A stretch of DNA of 63,941 nt, filler included, from Octopus bimaculoides (GCF_001194135.2; 3 parts of 2 records of this genome joined end to end with filler, not necessarily neighbours in it); one strand, 5' to 3'; counted from the whole stretch's first letter, positions 12,000 through 25,869 are shown. Notes: a model not told the origin generated them from the sequence alone. Made by a program: numbers and translations.

Positions 12000-12871
12000 A
12001 GTCATTATCAAGTACCTGCTAATAGAAGAATAAAAAAGTGCACGAAAGAAATGAATGTGGTTGTAATGGAGTGCTACTATCTGAGCAACCCGAGAAATAA
12101 TAATGAAGTACCCAATAGGGAATATAGGAAGAGAATGCACAGGGGATGGAGCGACAAAGGTCTATTTGAATTAAGTCAAAAAAATCTGTGTGACCAAGTG
12201 AGAGCCGTCAGGATGAATGAATGGTTATCTCCAGTTGAATTAAAAAGCGTTAAAAAGCAATGCCAATAATATAAGCACTGAGACAGTAAAACGCGAAGAC
12301 AAGCGTAACATTTCCAGTAAAAACGAAGAAAACAAAAAACAACAAACCCAGACCGGGGGGGGTGTATAATATTATACAAAAAGCACAAATCCAGAACACC
12401 ACAGATAAATATATGAATGAAAAGAAAGGCGAAAGAAATCTAAAATCTGAAAACAGTGTAGGGAAGCCTAATGACTATGATACTATAAAAATGAGAATAA
12501 TCAAAGAACTGAAAACCACAGATCTTAGAATGGGTCACAGATCATACCTGCCAAAAATCAAAATAAACAATAAAACAAAATCAATAATAAATAGCATAAA
12601 CCTGGCCGTCACGGAAATAATGGCCAGAGAAACAAATGGCAATATCACTGAGCTAAATAACATAATATATGCAGCAGCCACTGCAGCCACAAAAGAAGCA
12701 GGATACTCCCTCAAACCCATCCAAACAGGAGTACCATCATTGCAAACATCCTATGCAAAACACTTTCAATACAGTAACCATAAGAGCATCACAGCAAACC
12801 TCAGCACATACCCAAGGCACACAGAGCTGCGCTCGGTAGTGAAGTGAAAGCACGTTATAAAAATAAAACTA

Positions 12872-12876
<5 letters not shown>
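12000..12876 (+). mobile_element. Internally deleted R4/Dong-type element: N-terminal region joined to the 3' terminus
   Basis: MNVVVMECYYLSNP...YRKRMHRGWSDKGLFELSQKNLCDQVRAVRMNEWLS is a typical R4/Dong N-terminal motif. From ~12745, catcctatgcaaaacactt matches the REL C-terminus at 34455-34475 and runs into the 3' UTR and an (AAT)n tail. Confidence 0.75.

Positions 12877-12967
<91 letters not shown>
12876..12967. repeat. (AAT)~30 microsatellite
   Basis: Direct reading. Confidence 0.97.
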
Positions 12968-12970
<3 letters not shown>

Positions 12971-13474
12971 GAAGCAGTATTAGGTACTGGCTCTCATGGC
13001 TTCTGATCTTAACTAATAGAAATTGGTATCATGTCAATTGTTTTGTCTTGGTATGCAAGATAGGTTTCACCAAATATTCTGCTCAATACCACAGATTTAC
13101 TTGTCAGTCGTTTGACCTTAACCAGTTGAGAATCTTCCTTAGCGTCCATGATTTGTGCACCCTTGATCACGAGCAGATGTGTTGGAGGAACATCATAATC
13201 ATGTGTTGAAAGCAATTTTGGGGGGTATGGATAATTCACCTTTGGATACATAGGTGTTTCATTCAATATTATTAAACAATCCTTATTCAGAGACCTTTTT
13301 TGTGAGATGGGTTGTTCGCTGTTTATCTTCCTGTAAGATCACCATGTCGCGCACACATGGTTGCGATACATGTGACTGGGGTACCCTTATCAGACGGGTA
13401 GTCCTGATGGGCATATTGGGCTCCGTATATTTTCCCCAATTGCCACTGTGATGGGTAGCACTGCTCTCTCACTC
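12968..13474. mobile_element. Family D element, copy 2
   Basis: Colinear with the other D copies; (AAT)n on the left and aatagtaataatgat on the right. Confidence 0.85.
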
Positions 13475-14559
13475 AATAGTAATAATGATAATGTGGTTTC
13501 AGAAAACGTATCGCGAACGATACAAGTCATACAATGAGAATGTTCATAAAAAGAAGTGTGTAAAGAGTGAAATCGATAAAAAATAAATATTTTAACAACA
13601 ATAAATGCTCCAAATGAAGGCGACATTGAAGGGCTACATTTTTATTAATCTGCACGGGACGACAGAGAATCTTACATGTAGGGCAAGTGTCCTATGTTTA
13701 TCGCCCATATGTGCATGGTTAAATCAGCCCGTTCACTCGAAACATTCTTTCAGCATTCACTCACACTTTAACAGAATTTCTGCAAAGCAGAACTTCATTC
13801 TATATCCACATTTTCTTTTTCAAATGAAATTTATAACAGTTGATGATGGCTTGGGCTAAGCGGAAAATATTTTCCTTCAGCCCTTGTAATCTGGTTCACA
13901 AAACAAGAACAGCAACAGCGAGAAAGAACAAGAAAGTAGAACACGAATAACAACAATAATAACAATAATATTAACAAAAAAGCCAACAACAAAACTTAAA
14001 GAAGAAATTTGTAATTTTTTAAATTTTTCGAAACTTTAAATTTTAGAAAATTTTATGAGTATGTTACAAATCTGCAATAGACAATAGATATAGCAATAGA
14101 ATAATTATATTTACTTTTCTATCATATATATCTATAATATATTTATATACTTTCATGTTATTACATTTTTATGTATAAATTCTAAATGAAGTGTTTCTGC
14201 TTTACAGCAATTTTATCAACAATCATTAAAGATTTCAACAAGTCACAAATCAATAGGAGGTGAAAATAAGTAATTTAAAAATCTGAGAGAGTTAATGGAC
14301 AAGGGACTGTTTATTGTTTTTGTAAGTTGCTCTTAATCTAAATTTTTGAAAATTTAATTGAAGATTTTTGGTACAAATTAACTTGTATGACTCTGAGAAC
14401 GTGATATTGATATTATTTAGTGAAGACAATTCTTTCTCTTCATAGGAAGTTCAGCTAGGATGCTTAGTGTAATGTGCATATTCTGAGCCATAATAAATTT
14501 AAGCAACGTAAATAACATTGATTCAGCAGCGTTAACACATAACTACATTGCTTTAACGG

Positions 14560-14740
14560 AGAAATGCTTGCCGGTCTTTCGTCTGTCTTTACGTTCTGAC
14601 TTCAAATTCTGCCGTGGTCAACTTTACCTTTAATCCTTTCGACGTCGATAAATTAAGTGCCAGTTGCGTGCTGGAGTAGATCCAATCGACTGGCCCCCTC
14701 CTCCCAAATGTCAGGTCGTGTGCCTAGAGTAGAAAAGAAT
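14560..14740 (+). mobile_element. SINE family B, 5'-truncated
   Basis: ttacgttctgacttcaaattctgccgtggtcaactttacctttaatcctttcgacgtcgataaattaagtgccagtt matches 42772-43000. Confidence 0.85.
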
Positions 14741-15639
14741 GTACTCTAAAGTTATAAGTGTGTGTGCGCTAGCTAGACCATATGCGTGTGTATGCGTGTA
14801 AGTGGTGTGTGTGTGTGTGTGTTTGTTTGCTGGTTTAATTATTGTTTATATGTGTATCGAATGCGGAAGCATGGGGAGATTGCTATAAATCCATGTTATT
14901 CACCCACCAGTATAAAATAATAAATTGGAATAGTTTACTACGGTATTTAAGGTGGTTGCGCAATCATAACCTCCCTCGTATTGTGGGAAACAATATCTGC
15001 CGAAATACTGCTCACGTGGTTGACAAATTTAATAATTCTCCTTTCTTCACAGTGACTGATTAATTGATGGATGTATTGTCAGAGCTCATCACGTGGCTAG
15101 TAGTTTTGTCATCTTCGTTATCTTGCGACATGCCAATTTACTCTCCGTCGTTTTGTTTATATAGGCATCACATGGCTATATCATTTCGGAGTTAAGCACG
15201 GGTTAGTGGAAATCATTAGCTGGTTCACATCGGTGCGTTAACATTATATTCTATGCAGATCTAAACAACCAACGTTTATATGTTATATGTTCAAATCATT
15301 ATTTATATATGTATATATATAAAACTTCGAAATGTGTTTAATTTGTTTAGACGTCTAAACCTGGGTCTGTCGTGTAGATAACCATCGAACCTCTAAGTTA
15401 TCTGATATAACTGAAGTGGAAATTGTTAAAGTATATTTGTGTCTCTGGATAGAAATATTCATTTTTAATTCGTATATATAACATATATAATGAGTGTGTG
15501 ACTCAGTGTGAGTGTGTGTATGTACGTGACTGTTTCTCTACCAATCTATTTATCTATATGCATGCATATATATTTAGCATTCCGTTAAACAATTCGTTTT
15601 ATTTTTTTATTTTTCAAATTTAAGATAAACAAAGTTCTT

Positions 15640-16420
15640 TTTTAAATCTAAAGTATACTCTCTTTCATTTTCTGCAAAGCTCTTCAATCTACTGGTAGAC
15701 CTGCAAGTCCCCTCTTCCAAACTTCTCTTGTTTGCGACGAAAAATACTCCTCCATTACTGTTCTGACATCGTATACAGGATTCATATCTTTTCCGACTGC
15801 GAAATAAATGATAATCAGATGGGGTAATGTCCGGTTAAAATGGTGGTTGGGGCATTGTTTCCTGTTTAAACTGCTCTTGCCTTTGGAATGTCTTACTCGC
15901 TGTATGTGACCGAGTATTATGCTGATGGAAAAAAAAACCCTTTCACCTTGAAACCAATGATGGTAATTTTACTTCTAGCGATGACTTAAGCCACTCAAGC
16001 TGCTCGCAGTAGATCTCCTTTGTTATCGTCTGCTTTGCGTTTAAGTGGTCAACGTGGACTATACGTATCATATCCAACAAACCAGATAACACCTTAAGTG
16101 TGTAAGGACTTACTTTAGCCTGGGTTGCTGGTGTTTCTGTTTTCCATACCCACTGCTCTCGGCGCTTCATATTTTTATAGAGAACCCATTTCTCGCCACC
16201 AGTTACTATTCGGTCCAAAAGGTTCATTCATCCAACGGGACAGCAACGAGGAGGATATATTCACTCTCTGCGGACAATTAAACTTGGAAGGTTTTAGAGG
16301 AACCCACTGAACCAATTTGATGACTTTTCCGATGGCACGCAGATGTCGATGAATGGTTGGATGACCAAATCCAGGATTTTCTGCCAGTCCCTCAACCATG
16401 CAATTTTGTTTACGTGACGT
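15640..16420 (-). mobile_element. Mariner (DD34D) transposase relic
   Basis: Motifs QWVP (WVPHEL), LDRIVTGGEKWVLY, and PPF*PDITPSDYHLFRS (YSPDLAPSDY). Frameshifted, with catalytic residues decayed. Confidence 0.9.
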
Positions 16421-17175
16421 GAGCAGAGTTTACGTGACGTGCCAGGACGAGGCTCGGAATTTCTAGAACCACCGTTGATACTAGATCAGGCTTATTATTA
16501 GTGGGATGACACTATATATATATACGGATGCACACATACACGTATAAACACACAGACACATATACATATATACACGCAGGAAGATTGATAAAAGTATACA
16601 TCAGTCACATACATAGGGGTAACAGTTAAAACATTATGTATGTGTTATTAAATGGTGCATAGATATCCCATATTCAGTACGTCATATTACGATGCGTGTA
16701 CTTGTATTTATCTTATCTAATTTTTCTAATCATATGAAAGGTAAATGATTTCTAAATCAACATTGTTACAAGTGTTTCATTGCATTCATTTTTTATTTAA
16801 CGCAGTATCAATTCCATATGTCTATCCCAAACGTATCTACTCTGTTCCAAAACGTTTATTTGGCACCTCAACAAAAATTGATTGCGTGCATTTTTTTTAC
16901 AAGTATATGCAATGTAAATTTGCTTCATTTATTAAAACCAAAATTAATGGTTTCATAGCTAGTTTTTTTCCCGTAAAAATCAGTTTATAAAGAAATACAT
17001 TCATCCAGGGATGAGAAAACATTAACTCAAGTAATGCAAATTAAACGCTGCCTCGTTAAATATGTGTTATATCGTAAGGAGTGTTTGATTAGTAGCAAAC
17101 ATGCAGAGTGAACAATGAATACGTCCTTCCTGTTGGAGTTATTTGTGATAATATAATTTTGTTCATGATGTGCAG

Positions 17176-17214
17176 GTTTTAAATGGAACACCATCATTTG
17201 AAATGTTATTCAAG
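17176..17214 (+). CDS. Possible isolated 39-nt micro-exon (VLNGTPSFEMLFK)
   Basis: tgtgcag|G acceptor, AAG|GTAATG donor, open in phase 0-0. No partner exon identified. Confidence 0.15.
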
Positions 17215-18277
17215 GTAATGAATTATTAACTATATTGAAAAAATGGAATATTTATGGCGTCACACTATGTTAAAAAAATATTTTATTGATATCACGTCTC
17301 AAGTAAGTTGTAATTTCACATCTTTAGACGTGGCAAATATTTCGGTATGTGCCTCATCATAATCGTATTAAAATGTATTAATTTTATGAGAGCAAACATG
17401 GCGTATGTTGTCGTCATATTTTGTTTCTGTTTTTTTATTCGTCATTGTTGTTGCTGCTGATTAGTTTCAGTTCAGTCCTGATAAAGGCAAACGTATTTTT
17501 CACTGCATTTTGGTCATAATCATCATGCATTTCCTTTCATATATATTCATGCCTACTTGTGTACACGAGTGTATATAGTCATCTATATTACGTCACAGGC
17601 TTGGGCTTTTATTCCTAAGTATCAACTTAATTATAATTATTTTATTTTTAGAAGGAAAATATTTTAGATTGTTTGGTGTATGCGGATTTATTAGACATTT
17701 TCTATTATTTTGACTCTAGAATGAGTGTAACATTTTTGTATCATGAAAGCAAAGTATCCGAAACGGACCCGAAGCGCATTTACAGGGAAATTAGCAAAAA
17801 TATGAAAGAGGTAAAATAACCACCTATGGTCGTGGGATTGGAAGGGATTTATTTCACCAGAAGCCACTAGAAAGAGTTCAATGTTGAATGTGATACGATA
17901 GAATTAGAAATTAGAAAGACTGAAGGACGTTGAAGAACAGGAACGGAGGCTAACAAGAACAGAAGTACTAAGGTGTACTCACAGAAACCCCATGTCTTGG
18001 CTGGTAGTTGCAGCGGCGGCGGTGCTGGCGATGATAGTCATTGTGCTGGTTTTATTGGTAGCTGTGTTGATACTGTTGCTTTCTTTTGTATGCTTCGCTC
18101 TCTTTTTCCATGATTTTCATGTTACTATATTTGATGTTGCTCCATTTTCTTTTCTCTCAAGCATCGTTGTCAGTGTTTTCTCTTGCCGCTTCGAGCTGTT
18201 CGGACGAAGTTATTGAGAAAAGGAAATGAAAAACTACTACTGCTACTACAATGGTTGATGTTGAGGAGGAAGAAATC

Positions 18278-18281
18278 GATG

Positions 18282-18336
<55 letters not shown>

Positions 18337-18371
18337 GGATGATGATAATGGTGATGATGGTGATGATGAAG

Positions 18372-18403
<32 letters not shown>

Positions 18404-18486
18404 GGTGATGATGATGATGATGATGAGGAGGAGGAGGAGGAGGAGGATGACGACGACGACGACGACGACGATGATGATGATGATGA
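18278..18486. repeat. Compound (GAT)n/(GAG)n/(GAC)n trinucleotide repeat
   Basis: Direct reading; source of the poly-D, poly-H and poly-S ORFs. Confidence 0.95.
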
Positions 18487-20109
18487 TTCATTCAGTTTAT
18501 ATATAGCTGTGAGCAGACGAAGTGTATGATAAAAACACAAAGTGTTCACGGACGTCTGTAAGAATATGACTTAGAAATTCTCTTCATCGTAGACCCAAAC
18601 AAATACTCTGTATATGTTCACTCGACCCGTTAGAGATGACATCCGCATATTCGCTGAACCACGCAAGACCGTATAACTTACACAGACGTCACATTGATTA
18701 TTTAAGAAATTATCAGTTGAATTATATTAAGACTCAAAAGTTATTTCATCAGACATTTAATCTGTTTCTAGACACCACTCCTTGAGAAAACATTATAAAC
18801 AGCAATCATATTTCTCAAATTAAGAAGACAACATTTCTTCCATTTATATATAACTAAAGTACTTATCAAAACATTATGTAAGCTATTTCATCAAGAATTA
18901 TTATGAAAGTAGATGATTGGAAATTTTGAAAAGTCTCTTGTAAATAGATATTTCCATTGTTTTATAGCGTGAAAATCATTATAAGAAAATGGAAGTAAAG
19001 AAAGTAATATTCTTTCGAAAATATTTGGATTTCATAATTCTTGAAAGTTTATATATTCGTACAAATATATGATAGATTTACACTTTTCCGAAATTACTGA
19101 AATTTGCTAAAGTAACGTTAAAATATGATAGATTCTACTTGAAGTTATTTGTGTATGTCCACACATAAGCGTCTCATTTTAATTGATAAAAAGCAAGTAA
19201 ATAAATATATCGTAGTCGGAATTCTCACGACAAATTATTCGAGGAATGAATTCATACAAATTCAATGTTGTCTAGCAAAGCAATAACATTGTTAAAATAA
19301 GCAAATATCATTCAATAGTGTGTTTTTCCTCTATGTAAACATGAAACAATAGAAATGTAAGAATGTGTTATGTAGAGTTTATAATCGGATGCTATAACTT
19401 GGTTCAAATTCACTTCGTTTACACAGTTAATGATGCTTTAAATAGCCCGACAGCTTGGTACATCGATATTTTTCTCTTCATATGCTATGCGGCTAGTGGA
19501 AACATTATATAGGATTCGTGGTTTTATGAATGTATTTTATTATTCCGAGTTTAGCCACAGACAAATTAAGTCAACCGTCTTTAGTCAAGTTCAGGCATGT
19601 CCGTTCTATCGTATTTTTCACAAGAATCCTGCTCTGCATCTATGTTCATATAATGATTATTTCATCTTAAAATAACCTTAGATATATCGCTACTATTTCT
19701 GGCCTGTAAATTAATTAAATATAATATCTGCCAGGGGCATAAGCTATAACATAAGTTAGCCCTAGCTAAACTACGATTGGGCAGACATACAACCATAATA
19801 TATTTCTAAGTTACATACTAAGCTCTCTAATGAAACACAGTAAGGAGTGATGCGTGATAGATATCACTGCTAAATCTTACGACGTATGTAATTTCTTCCT
19901 CGTTAGAGGAATTACAAAAGTAGACAATTCGGATTCTGTTTCCTGTGTAAACGTATTGTTTCAAATCATATTTGGCCACGCACACCGCTTCGAAAATAAA
20001 TGGTGAAGTGTATATTACAAAGACAAAAAAACTTTAGAGCTGTGTGCGTGGACTTCATACAGAATTTGTATTACAATTTCTCATCCCCTATGATATGCAT
20101 TTATCAGTT

Positions 20110-20290
20110 TCAATTCCTGGTACAAAGCCAGGCGTTTGTGGATGGGTATAAGTCGATTACATTAACCCCGGTGCTCAAGTTTTTCAATCCCGAAAGGATG
20201 AAACGTGAAATCGATCTCAGTGGATTTGAGCTGAAAATTTTTCGAGGGACGAAATACCCCTAAACATTTTACCCGGCGTGCTAACAATTT
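20110..20290 (-). mobile_element. SINE family B, degraded
   Basis: cccgaaaggatgaaa...gacgaaatacccctaaacattttacccggcgtgctaac is the reverse complement of the family B head and core. Confidence 0.8.
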
Positions 20291-21364
20291 TATTAATCGC
20301 CTTATATTATTCCCATATCATAAGCAGGAACTTAATTCATGCAAGATGAATATGAGATGAGGTATGTCAGTGTAAGTTATGAATGATGCCTGTCATGAAA
20401 CATTTCTAAATTCTAAAAATGTCTAAATCATTTTTACGAGAATAACATTAAAGCAATAACATCCGTTATTAATTTCAACAAGCGATTTATCTTTATTTGT
20501 CTGCAAAGATAAATAAATAAATTAATTAATAAACATTCTTCTATAAGTAGGAAGTTCAGTATATCCAATGGAAATGTGCATAGCTTTCGTTAGAAAAACA
20601 ACTTTTATTATAGTATGCCATCTAAGCTAATCGGATGTATACATTTTCCAGTTTAAGCATACAAGGTAAGTGGCGTAAAAATTGCTGATATATACTTAAA
20701 GTCAGTTTCTGGCCTTTACAAATGTTAAATGTATAACTTAATATTGTAAATTAATAACTATTCCAGCAGTGGGACAACATTCTAAAAAACAAAAGGATAT
20801 GAACACTGGTATAGTCACACTCAAGTATTTCCATGATTGTGAAATTTCGACAAAGAAATATAAATACTCTATTTAAGATGGCTAAAATCCATACATTTCT
20901 ACATTTCTCAAACCATCATCTATAGAAATTACTTTAGTTTTCTAATATAAATGTAGCATTAATGTATACGGCAGCAGTTAATTTATTGTTAAAGCATAGT
21001 TCAAAATATTTCAGTTAAAATCAAGCATAAAACGGTGCGATTTATATACGAGTAAATGCAATGAATTATATCATGACTCAGTAATATTTGTAAACTTAAC
21101 GTTTATTCTGCTATTTCTTGAAATTATTGCTAGATACATTATGATATATATATCGATCTATTAATGCATTTTTATTGATTGATCTTCTTATTGAACTTGA
21201 CTGATAAACTTTCCCCAGAGTAGTTTACTTGATTTTATTATCCTGTTCTTGTCAGTTTTCTATCGCCTTTTTTATATTTGGAAAATCATTTGTAACATAG
21301 TAAAACGTGAAGACACACAGTCGTTCAGAGTGAATAGTTGTTTAACACGTATTAATGGATAATC

Positions 21365-23075
21365 TCCAAGCTCCCTTAACTGATGCAGACAGTCGTTAGG
21401 GTGCCACAGTAGATGCTTTCATAGTCCGCCGTTGTCACCTATCTCTGTTCTCTATCATGCGTAGAAGGTTTGCTATGCTGTGATCTGTCCAGTCCTTCAT
21501 TTTGTCAAACATAGCCTTTCTCTGTATGCCTCCCTTTTGCCCTTCGTTAACTGTCTCCTGAAGAACGCTGCTGGTACACTTTATTGTCTTCACTAATTCA
21601 CGGTTTCAAAAGAGGTTAATATTGTCAGCAAAGCGCAGGCTGGAAGCGGTATGTCTTTCAATAACAATAGAGGGGTGGAGTTCCTCAAGTGTCTCCTGCT
21701 TGATGTTCTGCAGGAAGTTGTTGAAAAGTACGGGTGAGAGGATCTTTTTCGAACAACCACTATTGTCTGGAAAATTTCCCTGATGTTGTTATCAAGAGAG
21801 ATGCACTGCTTGAATGTTCATACAGTGTTTGGATTAATTCGATGGGGTTGTTGCAAAACACATCATGCCGAACAAGGTTAAATACCTCTTTGAAATCAAT
21901 GTTATTGCAGTCAGTCTTATGTTGCTGATGTTTCTTGGTGAGCAATCTAATGTCAAATAACTGCTCGACATTACAGCTTTTGGACCTAAATCCAATCTGC
22001 AGAAATTCCTTCTGCCTTCCACTTAAGATTGTTGTAGCGGAACTCATAGCAATACTTTTTTGTGGGGTAGCTAAATAAGATGACTAATTATATAATTATA
22101 AATTCCATAATTCTGACGGACAGTTACGTTGTCTTTCTTTGGGGTGTTTATTATGAATGATTGGCTTCCAATCCTTTTTCCACTGCTTCATTTTCCATAT
22201 CCTCTGATAGGTAGCTATCCTCTGCTAGGATTTTCTATCTCTGAGCGTGAGACTCTCGACTTAATTCACGAGAATTGGAGTACATGCAAATTATCTGTTA
22301 TAGTTATTGTTGTTGGAATTGTTTGGGATATTGCTGTCATGTTTGAGTTTGGGATTAGAAAGGTCTTTGTGTACTCATATCATCTTTTGGGGACATCATT
22401 CTCATCTGCGAAAAGATGGCTTATCTTGTCCTCAATGCTATTTCCTGTGTACGTTATTATATTTTTGACTTGCCCTCTCACATATTTGCCTGGTCTTTTT
22501 CGGCGCCAATATTAAATCATATAGATTCAAGATATCGTTAGTTTTCAATAGTTCCTATTTCTTTCTTACCCGTAGCACTACTAGATATATTTCCTGAAGT
22601 GTATCCTTGATATTATTAGTCAGATAACTTGATATCATCTTCCAGAAAGGTAATGGCGTCGAACCTGCCACTAACTTTCACCTCAAACCGCTTTGCAATT
22701 CTAGGATCATTCTGTTTGTCTACATCTACACCAGTTCTTGCTATTTTCTTGTAGTTCGTTTTCAGTTTGAGCCTCGTTCACATCTTGTTCAAATGATGAT
22801 CAGTCGATATCTGCACCAGGACAAGTCCTAGGCTTAGCTACGTTGATGCTGCACTTGAATTTTGAGTTGCACGAATGAAGTCAACTTGCTTGTTATTCTG
22901 ACAACTGGATGCATGTCCTGTCCTTCTCGAAGAGGACAGGACATGCAGCTAAATGTAGGCCTGGATGTATGTAACCAATAAGCTGGAATCAGAGAAATTA
23001 ACCACCGTGGATTGCGACTCTTAGAATTTGATAGCAAGCATAAGCTGACCCTAGCCAACGATTCCCACACAAGAA
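21365..23075 (-). mobile_element. RTE-clade LINE relic (endonuclease end, RT, 3' end) with an inverted 5' piece
   Basis: Minus strand: QVDFI...DHHL...DPRIAKRFEVKVSGRF; IWKMKQW; QIGFRSK...IDFKEVFNLVRHD; RTE-type 3' ETVNEGQ...DWT. Plus strand 22945-23075: GLDVCNQ...NHRGLRLLEFDSKHKLTLAN (APE endonuclease). Confidence 0.85.
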
Positions 23076-23925
23076 CATACACAAAACAACAACGGAGTAT
23101 AAAAATCCCTATGTGAATACTATTTCATACCATGGTAGAAATCCTTTCTTTTCATTGCACAAAAATGCATATAAGAAGCAAATCATAAGATAGCTGTGAT
23201 ACCAACACTTTGCAACTCGTCAGGAAAATGAAAATGCAATACTAAAGTTGAAATTTCTTTTTATAAATTAGAATTCTTCATTCGAGAATGTCGTAGTGGT
23301 AAAATTCCAAAATCACTCACAATTAAGGAATCCAATTAAGAAGGTTTAATTTAAAATGCTAAATTAAGAATACGAAATCAAGAATATGTTTAAAAGAACC
23401 ATGTATCATATTTTTCAAAGGGTTACACATATTAATGAACATATGAATTAAGCAGCAGATACAGATGTAATTAAAATATGGAAGAATACGAAATGTCTCA
23501 AGATAATTACATGCTAAATAGATCTCGTATTTTAAAATGCGATTTTAATTAATAAAAATCTATGCAAAAAATCATTACGCCAGAAGCATGAAAAAATAAC
23601 GTTTCCAATTAAAAGCCGTTTTACATTCGTATGTTATCGTATTACATAAATGTTTCTTAATAATTCCAGAATGATCTTATAAAATATTTATTTGCAAATC
23701 ACATTATAGAGTACATTGTTTTTCAAAGACATTCAAAGTCACGATCGTCCTAAACTGATTAAATGTCGAAACTATGTCTTTGCAAATTTGCAACTAACAT
23801 AACTCAAGTTCAACAGTTTTCATGTGTCGCAAATCAATTGATAACATTTGCAGAAGCCTATAAATAGAGTGGATGCCTTATTTATTGCAAATATACGAAA
23901 TAGTATATTGATCCATAAGACTCAC

Positions 23926-23957
23926 CATGCACTTCCATGCACTTCCATGCACTTCCG
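23926..23957. repeat. 10-bp tandem repeat (catgcacttc) x3
   Basis: Direct reading. Confidence 0.9.
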
Positions 23958-24496
23958 TTTTTTCTGAGATTAGACTATTGAATATTATATCATTTTTCTA
24001 TAGACAACATTCGTTGCTGCACTTATATGTCATTTCAGTGTATCTTACTTATGTGTCGTTTTAACATGTATGCTATTCTTGCTACATCAACTGTTATGAG
24101 GGTAATATATATTATTCATTGCCTCTGAAAACTGAACAGCTAATATGCATTTTATGAATACAATATTCAAATAAAATGTTAACTATACTTCATTTCACCT
24201 AGCCTTTCACATAGAGATAATTTAGTTGCTTTCATTGCTTTACCGTTTCTGATTTCGCCCACACCGCGAAACACTAGATGTCAGCTTAGGTGAGAACTGA
24301 GTACGACTGCATATTAGTAATGTAACTACCCAGTATTATGTGCGCACGTGTGCGAGCACTCATACGCACGCACACATACAAACATACACACACACTCACA
24401 CACAAACACAGGTGTATATGTCTTTGTGTGTGAGGGTACGTTTATATATATATCAATATCTATCTATTCACCCATATATATATATATATATATATA

Positions 24497-25583
24497 TACT
24501 AACAAACTCGCCTGTCCTTCCCGGTCAATTTTCGCAATAGAATAAAGTTATTTAATTGTATTTCTTATTCCATATCAAACTGTATTACCAACAACGGCTA
24601 AGACTGTTGATCAGGACGAATTTCTGCAATATTTGGTGATATTTATAAAATCTTCATGTAACCAAGATTTTTGTCCCTCCATTTCGGCATACATGTAAAG
24701 AATTTCCTTACTTCCTACTCCATCGTAAAGTTGAACATAGGTGAAAAGTGATCCACAATGTTTAAAGTGGAAACAGAAAATGTTTGCCTTTGCAATTTGT
24801 TGATGGTCATGGGAAATCTAAATTTCAATGTAAATCGAAGTCGTTTGAAATGAAATGGGAAATCTCCAACTGAGTCTTTCAGGTTATTTTATGATTATCC
24901 TATAATCGATGTACCCTATACTTGGTTGCCTCCAGAAACCGTCCGACCGAGGGACATGTTTGCATATCAACAGGTCTCGTCTCTCTATTTTTGTGTTTTT
25001 CCTGAGTACGCTGCTCATGTTTTTCTAGGGTCTTTTGAAATTTTCGAGTGTCTTGGATTTAAAACTGAGTGAACATTTTCAAACTAGGCATATTGATAAG
25101 ATTTGCACTCCGAATTCGGTTTCGGAATAATTTTATTAAATTAAAAATCGACAGGAATGTTACAGTGGTTTAGAGCATGATAATTTTTATCCAATCATAC
25201 AGGGGCGTTTTGAAGTTAGTATTTTCTGTGGCATAGTGGCCAATCACGACATGGATACAAGAACATTACGACGATGTTGTATACAACATGAAAGCAATTA
25301 TATGATATATAAAGAGGGGAAAGTAACAAGTGTGATAGCTATAGATGTACACAGATAGAGTGACACAAATTGTGGTAAAGTGTGATAACGTGTGGTAAAG
25401 GTATAAAGAGAGAGAAAATCGTAAAAAATAGAGTGATAGGAGAGATAGAGACTAGCATTGGTGATCCGAAAGTTGAATTTTTTCTCGTGCCATATAACAT
25501 TATTTTCATTACTTTCTACTCACAAATATCTTCATGTGGTGCAGAGTTTGAATATCGAATTCGTTGTGTGCAGAATGTATGTG

Positions 25584-25590
<7 letters not shown>
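24497..25590 (+). mobile_element. Probable Helitron-like non-autonomous element
   Basis: tactaacaaactcgcctgtccttcccggtc terminus in a (TA)n site; the 3' part gtgcagagtttg resembles 30845-30860. Boundaries approximate. Confidence 0.35.
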
Positions 25591-25678
<88 letters not shown>

Positions 25679-25735
25679 ATGCATGTATGTGTGTGTGTAT
25701 GTATGTATGTATGCATGTATGTATGTGTGTATGGA
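25584..25735. repeat. (TA)n(TG)n(TATG)n compound microsatellite
   Basis: Direct reading. Confidence 0.95.
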
Positions 25736-25744
25736 TGCGTAGAC

Positions 25745-25865
25745 GCAGTCATGGCTCTGCACTAAGAAGTGTGCTTGCCAACAATAATATTCTAGGTTGT
25801 ATCCCACTGCCTGTCAACTTGAGAGAGTCTTTTCTGCCGAACAAAGACTTGTGAGTCGATAAAAG
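25745..25865 (+). mobile_element. Degenerate SINE family A head
   Basis: gtcatggctctgcactaagaagtgtgcttgccaac...aaagacttgtgagtc aligns loosely to 60475-60600. Confidence 0.45.
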
Positions 25866-25869
25866 GGTG

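Noticed and set aside
16405-16445. Duplicated tttacgtgacgtg (CRE/E-box-like) motif
   Set aside because: Lies at the 5' edge of the mariner relic; a short local duplication with no evidence of regulatory use.
18251-18529. Poly-Asp/Glu ORF resembling molluscan acidic shell proteins, and the antisense poly-His/poly-Ser ORFs
   Set aside because: Pure trinucleotide microsatellite with no signal peptide, no convincing splice context and similar tracts elsewhere in the window.
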